Below, piece by piece: positions 1-9,591 of a stretch of 55,436 bases of DNA. The DNA is taken from the NCBI GenBank assembly GCA_948745425.1, contig CAPZDM010000002.1:1-55436 (forward strand). Direction: 5' to 3'. Each line of letters begins with the position of its first letter. Position 1 is the first letter of the stretch. The translations under genes and the position numbers were made by a program. Below the pieces are notes generated by a model. It ran no database searches. It worked only from the letters and a program-made list of their open reading frames with translations, and was not told the origin of the DNA. Origin of the DNA: an uncultured Clostridia bacterium. Lineage in GTDB: Bacteria > Bacillota > Clostridia > TANB77 > CAG-508.

Positions 1-109
1 AAAAAACTTTTTTAAATTTTTTCATTTTTCTATTGACTTTTTATAGCTGGTCATTTTTCATATATTGTTTTATATTATACAAATTCTAAAAAGAATTGTT
101 ATTTGGCAA

Positions 110-176
110 GGCATTCAAGAAAGAAATACCGGCGACGTACTTTGTGTACGTCAAGGATTTTCTTTCGATGAATAAC
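110..176. repeat. Structured hairpin repeat, family C copy 1. Inner stem is gacgtac/gtacgtc and the outer stem is A/T-rich. Probably also the terminator of the response-regulator gene.
   Basis: ggcattcaagaaagaaataccggcgacgtactttgtgtacgtcaaggattttctttcgatgaataac aligns with the reverse complement of 47395-47460. The inner stem is conserved and the outer stem co-varies. Confidence 0.5.
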
Positions 177-191
177 ACAGCCAAAGGGCAA

Positions 192-872
192 TTATTTTTT
201 GAATTTTAGTATATAGCCTTGTCCTCTTTTCGTCTCTATCAATTCTTTTAGTCCTATTTCTGCTAGTTTATTTCTTAGCCTAGTGATATTTACAGTTAAG
301 GTATTATCATCAATAAAGCTTTCGGTATCCCATAGACATTCCATTATATCATCTCTTGATACTATTTTTTCTCTATTTTGAACTAAGAAATGTAGTATTT
401 TATATTCATTTTTAGTTAGTTCTACTATTTTGTCATCCTTTTCTATTGTACTTTTGGATATATTTAATATGAAGTCTTTTGCATCTATTTTTTCATTTGT
501 TTCTCCTATCCTATTAGTTCTTTTTAATAATGAACTTATTTTAGCAAGTAAAATTTGTATATTGAATGGTTTTGTTATGTAATGGTCTGCTCCATAGTTT
601 ATACAAAGTAATTCATCTATTTCATTATCCCTACTTGTAACTATTATTATAGGCATTGCTGATTTTTTTCTGATTTCTTTACATATATATTCTCCATCTG
701 CCTCTGGTAAGTTTATGTCTAATAATAATAAGTCTGGGTTTATTTTTAAAATTTTATTTATAGTATCTTTAAATTCTTTTAAACTTTGTGCTTCATATCC
801 ATTGTTGTTTAAAAATATTTCTAATTCATTTCTTAATTTCTCATCATCTTCTACTATTAATATTTTTGGCAT
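192..872 (-). CDS. OmpR/PhoB-family two-component response regulator
   Basis: N-terminal receiver domain (ILIVEDD...LLLLDINLPEADG...KPF) and C-terminal winged-helix domain (LTKNEYKILHFL...RGQGY). No histidine kinase gene is adjacent in the window. Confidence 0.9.
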   Translation of the reverse strand: MPKILIVEDDEKLRNELEIFLNNNGYEAQSLKEFKDTINKILKINPDLLLLDINLPEADGEYICKEIRKKSAMPIIIVTSRDNEIDELLCINYGADHYITKPFNIQILLAKISSLLKRTNRIGETNEKIDAKDFILNISKSTIEKDDKIVELTKNEYKILHFLVQNREKIVSRDDIMECLWDTESFIDDNTLTVNITRLRNKLAEIGLKELIETKRGQGYILKFKK

Positions 873-935
873 GTTTTATATCCTCTCTAACTCATAAAAT
901 TCTATTTAAGTTATTTTGTATTTATCTTTTGATAA

Positions 936-963
936 ACGGACGCCCGAAGGGCGCCCCTACAAT
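936..963 (+). repeat. GC-rich REP-like hairpin element (copy 1)
   Basis: acggacgcccgaagggcgcccctacaat. It has the GGAC - stem-loop - CCCCTACA architecture shared by 8 copies. Confidence 0.7.
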
Positions 964-1016
964 AACTTTATAAATCTCAATTATTTATATATTGCATTTT
1001 GTAATATTTTATAAAT

Positions 1017-2132
1017 TTACCATAATGATTTAATTGATAACATTTCTGGTATTCCTATATATACATCTTCTATATATCCTTTTTCTGCTCCTATTATAGA
1101 ATGTCTTTTTATAATTATATATGAGCCATAGTCATATATTTTTGTTCCACCATCTTTTAATATATCATCTGATATAATTCCTGCTTGTCTATCTTTTTCT
1201 GCTTGTTCTATTATTTGCTCCATTGTAATTTTTCCTGTCTTTAATGCTTCTTTTAAGTCTATTTCCTCTCCATTTATTTTAATTTTTATACTTTCTAGTC
1301 CATAGTAATATATATCATAATTATATTTCTCCTTTAACTCATCTACCGTGATTTTTTGTGTTTCCTTTTTCTCACTTGATTTTATTTCTAATAAAAAGTT
1401 GTTTTCATAATCATTTATAACTTGTACATCATTATTGTAGTAAGTAACTAATAGTTCTTCTATATTTCCTTCTACTTTTTCTTTTAATGTTATGTTAGTT
1501 CCTTCAGGTGCTTCTTCTATTTCTAGTTTTGTAAATTTGCAATTTTCATAATTTCTATCTTTTTCATTTGACCATTTGTCTCTAGTACTATCTAATATTG
1601 CTTTAAAGTTATTATTTCCTTCGAAATAAACATCTGTTATTATCATGTCTCCTTCTATGGTATAATTTATACATCTTATAAAGTCTGGTATATTATCTTT
1701 TACACTTTCTAAAAATCTATCTAATTCATCTTTGTTATACATTTTATTTCCATGAATTGATACTACACAATTATCTACTATTGCATTTATTAAACTATAT
1801 TCTTTTGGTAAATCTTTAATATTATTTGGTTTATTATTATTTTCGATTTCTATATTTGCTATAGCTCCAGTTATAAATTTATTATACATATACATTTCTG
1901 TTCTTATAATTTGTTGTGTATCATTTTTTGAAGGATAATTCTCTATTTCAACTTTATAACCTAATCCTAAATATGTAGTTGTATTATCTTGAGTTCCTTT
2001 TTTTATAACAAATACAGGAGCTTTTAAGTTTGATACATTAGTATAGTCTATAAAAAACATTACCCCTAACAAGATTATAATACAAATTATTATTCCTATA
2101 AATACTTTTAAACTTTTCTTCATTAATACCAC
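1017..2132 (-). CDS. Membrane-anchored hypothetical protein (possibly DUF4362-like), co-oriented directly downstream of the sigma gene
   Basis: 371-aa ORF with a single N-terminal TM helix (VFIGIIICIIILLGVMFFI). It lies 13 nt downstream of the sigma ORF. The family assignment is from memory only. Confidence 0.5.
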   Translation of the reverse strand: MVLMKKSLKVFIGIIICIIILLGVMFFIDYTNVSNLKAPVFVIKKGTQDNTTTYLGLGYKVEIENYPSKNDTQQIIRTEMYMYNKFITGAIANIEIENNNKPNNIKDLPKEYSLINAIVDNCVVSIHGNKMYNKDELDRFLESVKDNIPDFIRCINYTIEGDMIITDVYFEGNNNFKAILDSTRDKWSNEKDRNYENCKFTKLEIEEAPEGTNITLKEKVEGNIEELLVTYYNNDVQVINDYENNFLLEIKSSEKKETQKITVDELKEKYNYDIYYYGLESIKIKINGEEIDLKEALKTGKITMEQIIEQAEKDRQAGIISDDILKDGGTKIYDYGSYIIIKRHSIIGAEKGYIEDVYIGIPEMLSIKSLW

Positions 2133-2145
2133 CTTAACCTTTCTA

Positions 2146-3033
2146 CTATTTAGATGGTCTTTTTTTTGATTTTAGTTGGTATTTTATGAATAAAAGTGTA
2201 AAAATTATTGTTATGCATAAAAATATGGAAGAAACAACTAATATTCCTATTCCTACATAATTTAAATTGTTTACCTGTATTTGTTCTGTAACTGTGTTTT
2301 CATAAGGATTTTCTATTTCATCTTCTGTATTATTAATGGTATTTTCTGATTTCTTTGTTTCGTTTGTATCTTGTAATTTAGTATCTTCTTCCCTTTCTAC
2401 TTTATTATCTATTAATGTCTCTTGCTTTATTTCACTTCCTTTATCTTTATTAGATAATGTTTTTAATCCTATAACAAAGCTTAAAATAAATATTGCTAGA
2501 TTACTTAATAGTAATTTTAATGTATGTACACCCTTATAATATTTCCATTTTATAGTTCCAGTTGGTTTATTTAATAGTTTGGCAATTTGTTCAAATGATA
2601 AACCAGAGATTATTTTTAATGATATTATTTCTTTTTCTTTATCATCTAATTTACTGATTAGTTTATTAAATTCTTCTTTATCAATAATATTATTTATTTC
2701 ATTGTCTTTATCTTCAATTTCATAAATTGCTTCTAAATTAAAATGATTTTTCTTTTTCCTTAATAATGAAATAGCTTCGTTCTTAGTGACTGTATATATC
2801 CAACTTGCTGTGTTTTTACTTGGCAATTTTTCTTTTTCAAGTGTGTATAACTTTGAAAAAAATATTTGTACTACATCTTCTGCATCTTCTTTATTTTTAA
2901 CTATGCTAAATGCAATTCCATATATTAATTTATTATATTGTGTATATAATTTTTGAAAGGCTATATCTTTATTAACACTTTTAAGTTCTAAAAATAACTC
3001 GTTTAAATCTTCTTCATTAATCTTTGTCATCAT
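2146..3033 (-). CDS. ECF-type sigma-70 family factor with a C-terminal transmembrane extension
   Basis: Region 2 (AEDVVQIFFSKLY) and region 4 HTH (LSFEQIAKLLNKPTGTIKWKYYKG). These are followed by two hydrophobic helices (LAIFILSFVIGL, GIGILVVSSIFLCITIIFTLLFI). Confidence 0.75.
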   Translation of the reverse strand: MMTKINEEDLNELFLELKSVNKDIAFQKLYTQYNKLIYGIAFSIVKNKEDAEDVVQIFFSKLYTLEKEKLPSKNTASWIYTVTKNEAISLLRKKKNHFNLEAIYEIEDKDNEINNIIDKEEFNKLISKLDDKEKEIISLKIISGLSFEQIAKLLNKPTGTIKWKYYKGVHTLKLLLSNLAIFILSFVIGLKTLSNKDKGSEIKQETLIDNKVEREEDTKLQDTNETKKSENTINNTEDEIENPYENTVTEQIQVNNLNYVGIGILVVSSIFLCITIIFTLLFIKYQLKSKKRPSK

Positions 3034-3073
3034 TTTTTCCTTTCTTTATTATCTCATTTATGTTAGAACAAAT

Positions 3074-3099
3074 GGACAGACACAATGCCTGCCCCTACA
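3074..3099 (+). repeat. Degenerate REP-like element (copy 2)
   Basis: ggacagacacaatgcctgcccctaca. The conserved flanks GGAC and CCCCTACA are present, but the stem is weak. Confidence 0.4.
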
Positions 3100-3137
3100 G
3101 TTAGTGAATTCTTATGAAGTGTTATAATCGATTTTTG

Positions 3138-4097
3138 TTATGTTATAAATAAAATTACCATATATATTATATATGTAATTAGATATATGAGTCCATTTAG
3201 TCTATTCATTTGATTTTTTGGTGGTATTATTGGGAATAGTGATAAAAGTATTATTCCTAATATCAATATTATCATTTCTAGGTTATATGAAAGATTATAT
3301 GAAATTGGATTTATAAGTGCTGCTACACCAATTATAAGTAGCATATTGAAAATATTTGAACCTATTATATTTCCTATTGCTATATCACTATTTCCTTTTA
3401 TTGCTGCTGTAACACTTGTTACTAATTCTGGCAGGCTTGTCCCTATTGCAAGTATTGTTAAACTAATTATTTTTTCACTTATTCCAATTTTCTCTGCAAT
3501 GATTACTGCATTATCTACTGATAAATCTCCACCAATTTTTAATCCTACTATTCCTAATGCAATATATATAATACTTTTGAAAATTGATATTTTTTCTTCT
3601 TCTGTTCTTAATTCTACAATAGTATCTTCTTTATCAAATTCCTCTCCTTTTTTTCCCATTATTATTGTATATAATATGAATATCATAAATAATATCAATA
3701 ATACTATTGCTTCTGGTTTTGATATTCCTGCTCCTGTATTACAGAATATCATAAAAATTATTGTTATTATTAAACACATTGGCATTTCTATTAGTCTTGT
3801 CTCTTTTTGAAATTTTATTGGTCTAATAATTGTTGCTAATCCTAAAATCAACAATAGGTTTGCTATATTACTTCCAATTACATTTCCCATTGACATATCA
3901 GAACGTCCTTCTAGAGCTGAGGTTAGACTTACAAATAGTTCTGGCATTGATGTTCCTATTGATACTATTGTTAACCCTATTATTATTTCAGGTATGTGAA
4001 ATTTCTTAGCTATATTGCTACTACCCTCTACTAAAAAATCTGCTCCTTTTATAAGTAATATAAAACCTATAATTATTAAAAATATCGATAAAATCAT
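3138..4097 (-). CDS. CaCA-family cation/Ca2+ exchanger (YrbG-like)
   Basis: Polytopic 319-aa protein with duplicated alpha-repeat motifs GTSMPELFVS...GNVIGSNI and GTSLPELVTS...GNIIGSNI. Confidence 0.85.
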   Translation of the reverse strand: MILSIFLIIIGFILLIKGADFLVEGSSNIAKKFHIPEIIIGLTIVSIGTSMPELFVSLTSALEGRSDMSMGNVIGSNIANLLLILGLATIIRPIKFQKETRLIEMPMCLIITIIFMIFCNTGAGISKPEAIVLLILFMIFILYTIIMGKKGEEFDKEDTIVELRTEEEKISIFKSIIYIALGIVGLKIGGDLSVDNAVIIAEKIGISEKIISLTILAIGTSLPELVTSVTAAIKGNSDIAIGNIIGSNIFNMLLIIGVAALINPISYNLSYNLEMIILILGIILLSLFPIIPPKNQMNRLNGLIYLITYIIYMVILFIT

Positions 4098-4181
4098 CTT
4101 TTTACCTTCCTCTTTAAGTTGATGAATTATATATTATCACAAATAGGGAGATTTATCAATACAATTATTCTATTATATTAA

Positions 4182-5240
4182 TTACAGTTCACAGACTAAT
4201 TCTTGCATTAAATCATGTACTGGAACGATTTTATCAATTTTACTGACATTGCTACCACAAAAGATTAAGCCCTCTTCTACTTTTCCTTTTACAGAATTTA
4301 TTAAAGCTTTTGTAATACAATATGGACTGTTTACTATATTGCATGTTTTAATGCAATTATAACATTTATCTATTTTGCATTTTTCTGTTTCTACTTTTTT
4401 TATAAATTCATTATTTATTGCTCTTCCTGGCATTCCGACTGGACTTTTTATTATTTTTATATCCTCACTCTTAGCTTTAACATATGCTTCTTTAAATTCA
4501 ATTGAAGCATCACATTCATTTGTTGCAACAAACCTAGTTGCCATTTGTACTCCACTTGCACCTAAACTTAAAAACTTTTTTATATCTTTTGAGTCCCATA
4601 TTCCTCCTGCTGATATTACTGGAATGTTTTTATTAGTCTCTTTTTCTATTCCTTTAATATAATTTACTACTTCTTTTGTAATGTCTTCTAATTTAGGTTT
4701 TGTTTCTTCTTCCAACTCTTCTGTCTTAAAGCCTAAATGTCCCCCTGCTTCTGGTCCTTCTATTATAATCATATCTGGTACATAATTATATTTTTTTATC
4801 CAATGATTTACTATTAGCTTGCAACATCTAAATGAAGATACAATTGGAGCAATTTTTGTATTGCTTCCTTTTACATATTCTGGTAATTCTTTTGGTATTC
4901 CTGCTCCTGATATAATTAAATCTACTTTTTGTTTTACACATTCTTTTACGATTTCTACATAGTTTTTTAGAGCTACCATAACATTTACACCAATTATTTT
5001 GTCTTCTCCTGCAATTTCTCTTGCTTTTTTTATTTCTTTCCCAATTGCTCTTAAATTAGCTTCCATTGGATTTTTTTCAAAGTCATTTTCTAAATATCCA
5101 ATATCAGCAGTTGATATAATCCCTATTCCTCCTTCTTTACTAACATTTCCTGCTAAATTATGCGCCGATACTCCTACACCCATTCCTCCTTGAATAATTG
5201 GATATTTTGACTGCTTATCTCCTAATTTAATACCTTTCAT
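4182..5240 (-). CDS. Nitronate monooxygenase / FabK-like FMN oxidoreductase
   Basis: Contains IIQGGMGVGVS, ISGAGIP, EGPEAGGHLG and AGGIWD motifs typical of the NMO/enoyl-ACP reductase II family. The C-terminus is Cys-rich. Confidence 0.8.
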   Translation of the reverse strand: MKGIKLGDKQSKYPIIQGGMGVGVSAHNLAGNVSKEGGIGIISTADIGYLENDFEKNPMEANLRAIGKEIKKAREIAGEDKIIGVNVMVALKNYVEIVKECVKQKVDLIISGAGIPKELPEYVKGSNTKIAPIVSSFRCCKLIVNHWIKKYNYVPDMIIIEGPEAGGHLGFKTEELEEETKPKLEDITKEVVNYIKGIEKETNKNIPVISAGGIWDSKDIKKFLSLGASGVQMATRFVATNECDASIEFKEAYVKAKSEDIKIIKSPVGMPGRAINNEFIKKVETEKCKIDKCYNCIKTCNIVNSPYCITKALINSVKGKVEEGLIFCGSNVSKIDKIVPVHDLMQELVCEL

Positions 5241-5428
5241 TTATTAATTTCCTCCTTTTAAGTTTTAATTAAATATTCCCCAATCTAGTTTATCATACTA
5301 GATTATCATTTATGATATACGCTGTCAAACTGTTGACTGAACAGTCAAGTTTACTATTTATCACAAGTATTTGCTATTTTTGTTGATTTATTTAGAATTT
5401 TGCTATATAATGTCTTAGATTTAAAGAG

Positions 5429-5863
5429 GTGATTTTTTTGTATAATTTTTTATCTAAGAGCCCTAATGATACATTAGAATTTGCAAAAGATTTTGCTAAA
5501 AATTTAAAAGTTGGAGATGTTATTGTTCTTATTGGTGATTTGGGCTCTGGTAAAACCAAATTTACTGAAGGAATTCTATCTTATTTTGGAATACAAAATG
5601 AAATTTCTAGTCCTACTTTTACTATTGTTAATGAGTATAATTCTGATAATGTTAATATCTACCACTTTGATGTTTATAGATTAAAGGATTCTTCAGATTT
5701 TTATAGTATTGGTGGGGATGAATATTTTGATAAGGGTATATCTATTATTGAATGGGGCGATATTATAGAGGATGCTTTGCCTAAAAAATATACAAAAATC
5801 ACCTTTGAAAGAGATTTAGAAAATGAGAATTATAGGAATTTAGCTATCGAAAATGTTTATTAA
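5429..5863 (+). CDS. tsaE: tRNA t6A biosynthesis ATPase TsaE
   Basis: Walker A GDLGSGKT plus SPTFTIVNEY and HFDVYRL motifs. It sits upstream of tsaB-rimI. The true start may be the TTG at 5438. Confidence 0.9.
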   Translation: MIFLYNFLSKSPNDTLEFAKDFAKNLKVGDVIVLIGDLGSGKTKFTEGILSYFGIQNEISSPTFTIVNEYNSDNVNIYHFDVYRLKDSSDFYSIGGDEYFDKGISIIEWGDIIEDALPKKYTKITFERDLENENYRNLAIENVY

Positions 5864-5891
5864 GGACGGGCGATTAATAATCGCCCCTATA
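5864..5891 (+). repeat. REP-like hairpin (copy 3)
   Basis: ggacgggcgattaataatcgcccctata. The stem GGGCGA/TCGCCC co-varies relative to the other copies. Confidence 0.55.
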
Positions 5892-5943
5892 AAGAAATTA
5901 TCTCACTAAATAAATTTTATTTTAATATACGAAAGGTTTTGAA

Positions 5944-6643
5944 ATGAAAATTTTAGCTATTGATACTGCAACTGAAGTTTGCTCTGTTGCAATTTTAGAA
6001 GATAAAAATGTTATTTTAGAAAAAACATTAGATGCTATAAATACGCATTCAGTTGCGCTTATGCCTCTTGTTGATGAGGTATTATCTAAAACTAATTTAA
6101 CTATAAACGATATTGACTTATTTGCTTGTGATAAAGGACCACGGTTCTTTTACTGGAATTAGAATAGGACTTTCTACTATTAAGGCTTTTTGCGATGTTA
6201 CAAATAAACCATGTGTTGGTGTTACTTCATTAGAGGGTTTTGCATATAAATTATTTGATATTACGGACGCCCAAAGGGCACCCCTACAATATATTTGTTC
6301 TTTAGTAAATGCTAATCATGGTAATGCTTATTGTGGTATTTTTAAATTTTACAACGGCAAATTAACTCAAACTCATGATTACTTTTTTGATTCTATTGAT
6401 AATATTTTAGAATTTGTAAATAATTTAGAAAAAAACATTTTTTTTACAGGAAATTGTAGAATAATTTTAAATGATATGATAGAATCTGATAAAATGCAAA
6501 TCAATCCTAATGTAATTATATCGGCTAAAGATATTGCAAGATGTGCTTTTGATAAATTTTGTGCAGGAGATTATGGGGATTCAAATCTTCTTACACCACT
6601 ATACTTAAAGAAATCTAGTGCAGAAAGTAATGGTATAAACTAA
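5944..6643 (+). CDS. tsaB: tRNA t6A protein TsaB, interrupted by an apparent +1 frameshift at CGG 6142-6144 and carrying an in-frame REP-like insertion
   Basis: ORFs 5944-6162 and 6113-6643 are two halves of one gene. cca CGG ttc read as cca-(c)-ggt tct gives DKGPGSFTGIRIG, the TsaB signature. Confidence 0.85.
6263..6290 (+). repeat. REP-like hairpin (copy 4) inserted in-frame inside tsaB
   Basis: acggacgcccaaagggcacccctacaat, translated as TDAQRAPLQ within the TsaB frame. Confidence 0.7.
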
Positions 6644-7077
6644 TGGAATTTCGTGAAATGACTTTAGAGGATTTAGATAAAATCTCTAGTAACTTAAATA
6701 ATTTTGATGATTTTTGGACAGTTGGTATTTTTAAAGATGAATTAAGTAATTCTAATTGCTACTATATTGTTGCAATAGATGATGAAGAAATTCTAGGTTT
6801 TGGTGGTATTTCTATAGTTTTAGATGAGGCTAATATAAATAATATTGCAGTTAGGATTGATAAAAGGAATAATAAAATTGGTTCTGCTATTTTAAAGAAT
6901 TTGATAAATATTTCTAAACACTTAAATTGCTCTTCTATTACTTTAGAGGTGAATGTCGAAAATGTGCATGCTATTAAATTATATGAGAATTTTGGGTTTA
7001 AAAATCTTGGAATTAGGAAAAATTATTATAAAGACGATAAAGATGCTTATATTATGGGATTAGAGATTGTGAAATAA
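6643..7077 (+). CDS. rimI: Ribosomal-protein-alanine N-acetyltransferase (GNAT)
   Basis: 144-aa GNAT fold (IAVRIDKRNNKIGSAIL...AIKLYENFGF). It occupies the canonical tsaE-tsaB-rimI position. Confidence 0.85.
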   Translation: MEFREMTLEDLDKISSNLNNFDDFWTVGIFKDELSNSNCYYIVAIDDEEILGFGGISIVLDEANINNIAVRIDKRNNKIGSAILKNLINISKHLNCSSITLEVNVENVHAIKLYENFGFKNLGIRKNYYKDDKDAYIMGLEIVK

Positions 7078-7086
7078 AATATACAT

Positions 7087-9504
7087 ATGAATTTTAGAAA
7101 GAAGGTACTTATGATGAATAAGAAAAATGAATTGAGCTACAAGGATTTAAAGGCATTTTGTAGTACAGAAAACTTTGATTTTGAGACTACTGAAGAGCTT
7201 GATAGTAATGATAAAGGTATAGGCCAAGATCGTGCGATTCGTGCACTTGAGTTTGGCCTTAATGTTGATGTTCGTGGAAACAACTTATATCTTGAAGGTC
7301 CAAGTGGTGTTGGTAAGACTATGTATACTAGAAATTATCTTGACAAACTTTCTAGTAAAAAGAAACCTCCTGTTGATTGGTGTTATATCTATAATTTCGA
7401 TAATCCAAATGAGCCTATAGCTGTTTCTCTTCCTGCTGGTCAAGGTAAAGAGTTTAAAGAAACTATGGAAGGATTTATAAAGGATGTTAAAGTTGATATA
7501 GCTAAAACTTTTAGTAATGATGACTTTGAAAAAGAAAAGGCTTTAATTCGTCAAGAGTTTGAACAAAAGCGTTCTGATTTATTAGAAAAACTTAACGAAA
7601 AAGCTTCTAAATATAGTTTCATAGTTAAAACTGCTCAAAATGGTGTGTATATGATGCCAGTTTATGAAGGCAAAACTTTAGAAGAAGATGAATTTGAGAA
7701 ATTAGATGAGTCTATTAGGCAAGAATATGAAAGTAATTCTGCAATAGTCCAAGAATATATAATTAGTGCTATTAGTGAAATAAAGGCTATTGAGAAACAG
7801 TCTGATAAAAAAATCGAAGAGTGGCAATCAAATGTATCTCTTTTAACTGTTAATGTACATGTTAATTATGTTAAATCTAAATTTAAAAGAAATAAAAAGA
7901 TTAGTCAATTTATGGATAATATTAAAAAAGATATATTAAAAAATATTCAATATTTTGTACATGCAAGTGATGATAAAGACAAGAAAAATGAACCTTCTCC
8001 TAACCCTGATGTCAGCAAACCTTGGTTAAATTATAGAGTTAATCTTTTTGTTGATAATAGCAAATTGGAAGGTGCTCCTGTAATAATGGATTCTAACTAT
8101 TCTTTCCAAAATATCTTTGGAAAACTTGAATACGAAAATTATATGGGGATGCTTAAGACTGACTTTACAATGTTAAAACCTGGTCTTCTTCATATTGCTA
8201 ATGGTGGTTATATAATATTTCAAGCAGAAGATTTATTGTCTAGTCCTGCTTGTTATGAAAATTTGAAAAGAGTTTTAAGAGTAAAAGAAATTGGTATAGA
8301 TAATTCTGGTGAGCAACGTAGTGCAATGGTTATGATATCTCTAAAACCAGAACCTATTCCCCTTAATGTTAAAGTAATTTTAATTGGTAGTGAGGAAATT
8401 TACCAAACTTTACTTGCTATGGATCCTAATTTTAAAAAATTATTTAAAATTAAAATAGAATTTGCAGAAGATGCACCTCTTACAAATGAGAATGTATTAT
8501 TATTAGCAAGATTTATGCATTCTTTCTGTGAAAGGGAACATTTACCACAATTAGATAAAGAGGCTGTTGCAAAAATGATTGAATATGCCTCAAAACTTGC
8601 TGATGATAAAAGAAAACTTTCTACCCGTTTTAATGATTTATCTCAAATAATTAGTGAAGCTGGAACTTGGGCTAATATGGCTCGTTCTAAGGTTATTACA
8701 GGAAAATTTATTAAAAAAGCAATTGATGAGAAAATTGCTAGAGTTCAAAAATATGATAATAGGTTATCTGAGATGATTAAAGATGATATGCTTTTAATTG
8801 ATACAGATGGATATAAGGTTGGACAAATTAATGGTTTAACTATAATGACTACTGGAGATTATACTTTCGGAAAACCTGCTAGAATAACAGCTAATACTTA
8901 TACTGGTAAAGCTGGTATTATAAATATAGAAAGAGAAGTTGAACTTTCTGGTTCTTCTCATTCTAAAGGAGTACTAATTTTAACTGGTTATATTGGTGAA
9001 CAATTTGCTCAGGACTTCCCTCTTTCTCTTACTGCAAGTATCTGTTTTGAACAATTATATAATGGAGTTGATGGAGATAGTGCATCTAGTACAGAGCTGT
9101 ATGCTTTACTTTCTAGTTTATCAAATGTTCCAATAAATCAATCAATTGCTGTTACTGGTTCTGTTAATCAAAAAGGAGAAATTCAACCCATAGGTGGAGT
9201 AAATGATAAAATTGAGGGATTTTATCATGTTTGTAAGACTAAAGGTTTAAATGGAAGTCACGGAGTTATAATTCCTATACAAAATGTAATGAATTTAAGT
9301 TTATCTGATGAGGTTATAGAGTCTGTTAAAAAGAAGGAATTCCATATTTATGCTATTTCTACTATTGAGGAAGGTATTGAAATTTTAACTGGAGTACCTG
9401 CTGGACGTAAAGACAGTCTAGGTAATTTCCCTGCTGGAACTATAAATTATCTTGCTTATGAAAAATTGAAAAAATATTCGAAATCTGTTACAGCATTAAA
9501 ATAA
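7087..9504 (+). CDS. Lon-like ATP-dependent protease (AAA+ domain plus S16 peptidase domain)
   Basis: Walker A GPSGVGKT. The C-terminal Lon protease domain has the DGDSASS catalytic-Ser motif and GGVNDKIEGF. The start may be the ATG at 7111/7114, which is preceded by gaaagaagg. Confidence 0.85.
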   Translation: MNFRKKVLMMNKKNELSYKDLKAFCSTENFDFETTEELDSNDKGIGQDRAIRALEFGLNVDVRGNNLYLEGPSGVGKTMYTRNYLDKLSSKKKPPVDWCYIYNFDNPNEPIAVSLPAGQGKEFKETMEGFIKDVKVDIAKTFSNDDFEKEKALIRQEFEQKRSDLLEKLNEKASKYSFIVKTAQNGVYMMPVYEGKTLEEDEFEKLDESIRQEYESNSAIVQEYIISAISEIKAIEKQSDKKIEEWQSNVSLLTVNVHVNYVKSKFKRNKKISQFMDNIKKDILKNIQYFVHASDDKDKKNEPSPNPDVSKPWLNYRVNLFVDNSKLEGAPVIMDSNYSFQNIFGKLEYENYMGMLKTDFTMLKPGLLHIANGGYIIFQAEDLLSSPACYENLKRVLRVKEIGIDNSGEQRSAMVMISLKPEPIPLNVKVILIGSEEIYQTLLAMDPNFKKLFKIKIEFAEDAPLTNENVLLLARFMHSFCEREHLPQLDKEAVAKMIEYASKLADDKRKLSTRFNDLSQIISEAGTWANMARSKVITGKFIKKAIDEKIARVQKYDNRLSEMIKDDMLLIDTDGYKVGQINGLTIMTTGDYTFGKPARITANTYTGKAGIINIEREVELSGSSHSKGVLILTGYIGEQFAQDFPLSLTASICFEQLYNGVDGDSASSTELYALLSSLSNVPINQSIAVTGSVNQKGEIQPIGGVNDKIEGFYHVCKTKGLNGSHGVIIPIQNVMNLSLSDEVIESVKKKEFHIYAISTIEEGIEILTGVPAGRKDSLGNFPAGTINYLAYEKLKKYSKSVTALK

Positions 9505-9514
9505 GCGAACCAAA

Positions 9515-9542
9515 ACGGACGCCCTTTGGGCGTCCCTACAAT
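9515..9542 (+). repeat. REP-like hairpin (copy 5)
   Basis: acggacgccctttgggcgtccctacaat with a perfect 7-bp stem GACGCCC/GGGCGTC. Confidence 0.7.
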
Positions 9543-9568
9543 ATCACAATTGATTTTCTTATGAAATT

Positions 9569-9591
9569 AAAAAGGGCATGATAGCCCTTTT
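9569..9591. terminator. Bidirectional rho-independent terminator between the convergent lon-like and yunB genes
   Basis: aaaagggc-atgat-agcccttttt hairpin flanked by A/T runs. Confidence 0.55.

Noticed and set aside
788-973. ORFs 788-973 (+) and 17646-17837 (-) containing GRPKGAP / GAPFGRP
   Set aside because: These peptides are just translations of the GC-rich REP-like hairpins in intergenic DNA. There is no other coding evidence.
5944-6643. Treating 5944-6162 and 6113-6643 (and the other four split pairs) as separate small genes or as ordinary homopolymer sequencing errors
   Set aside because: Each pair reconstitutes one conserved protein. The breaks are not in homopolymer runs and all share the in-frame CGG context, so they are reported as one phenomenon. 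An artefact is still not excluded.
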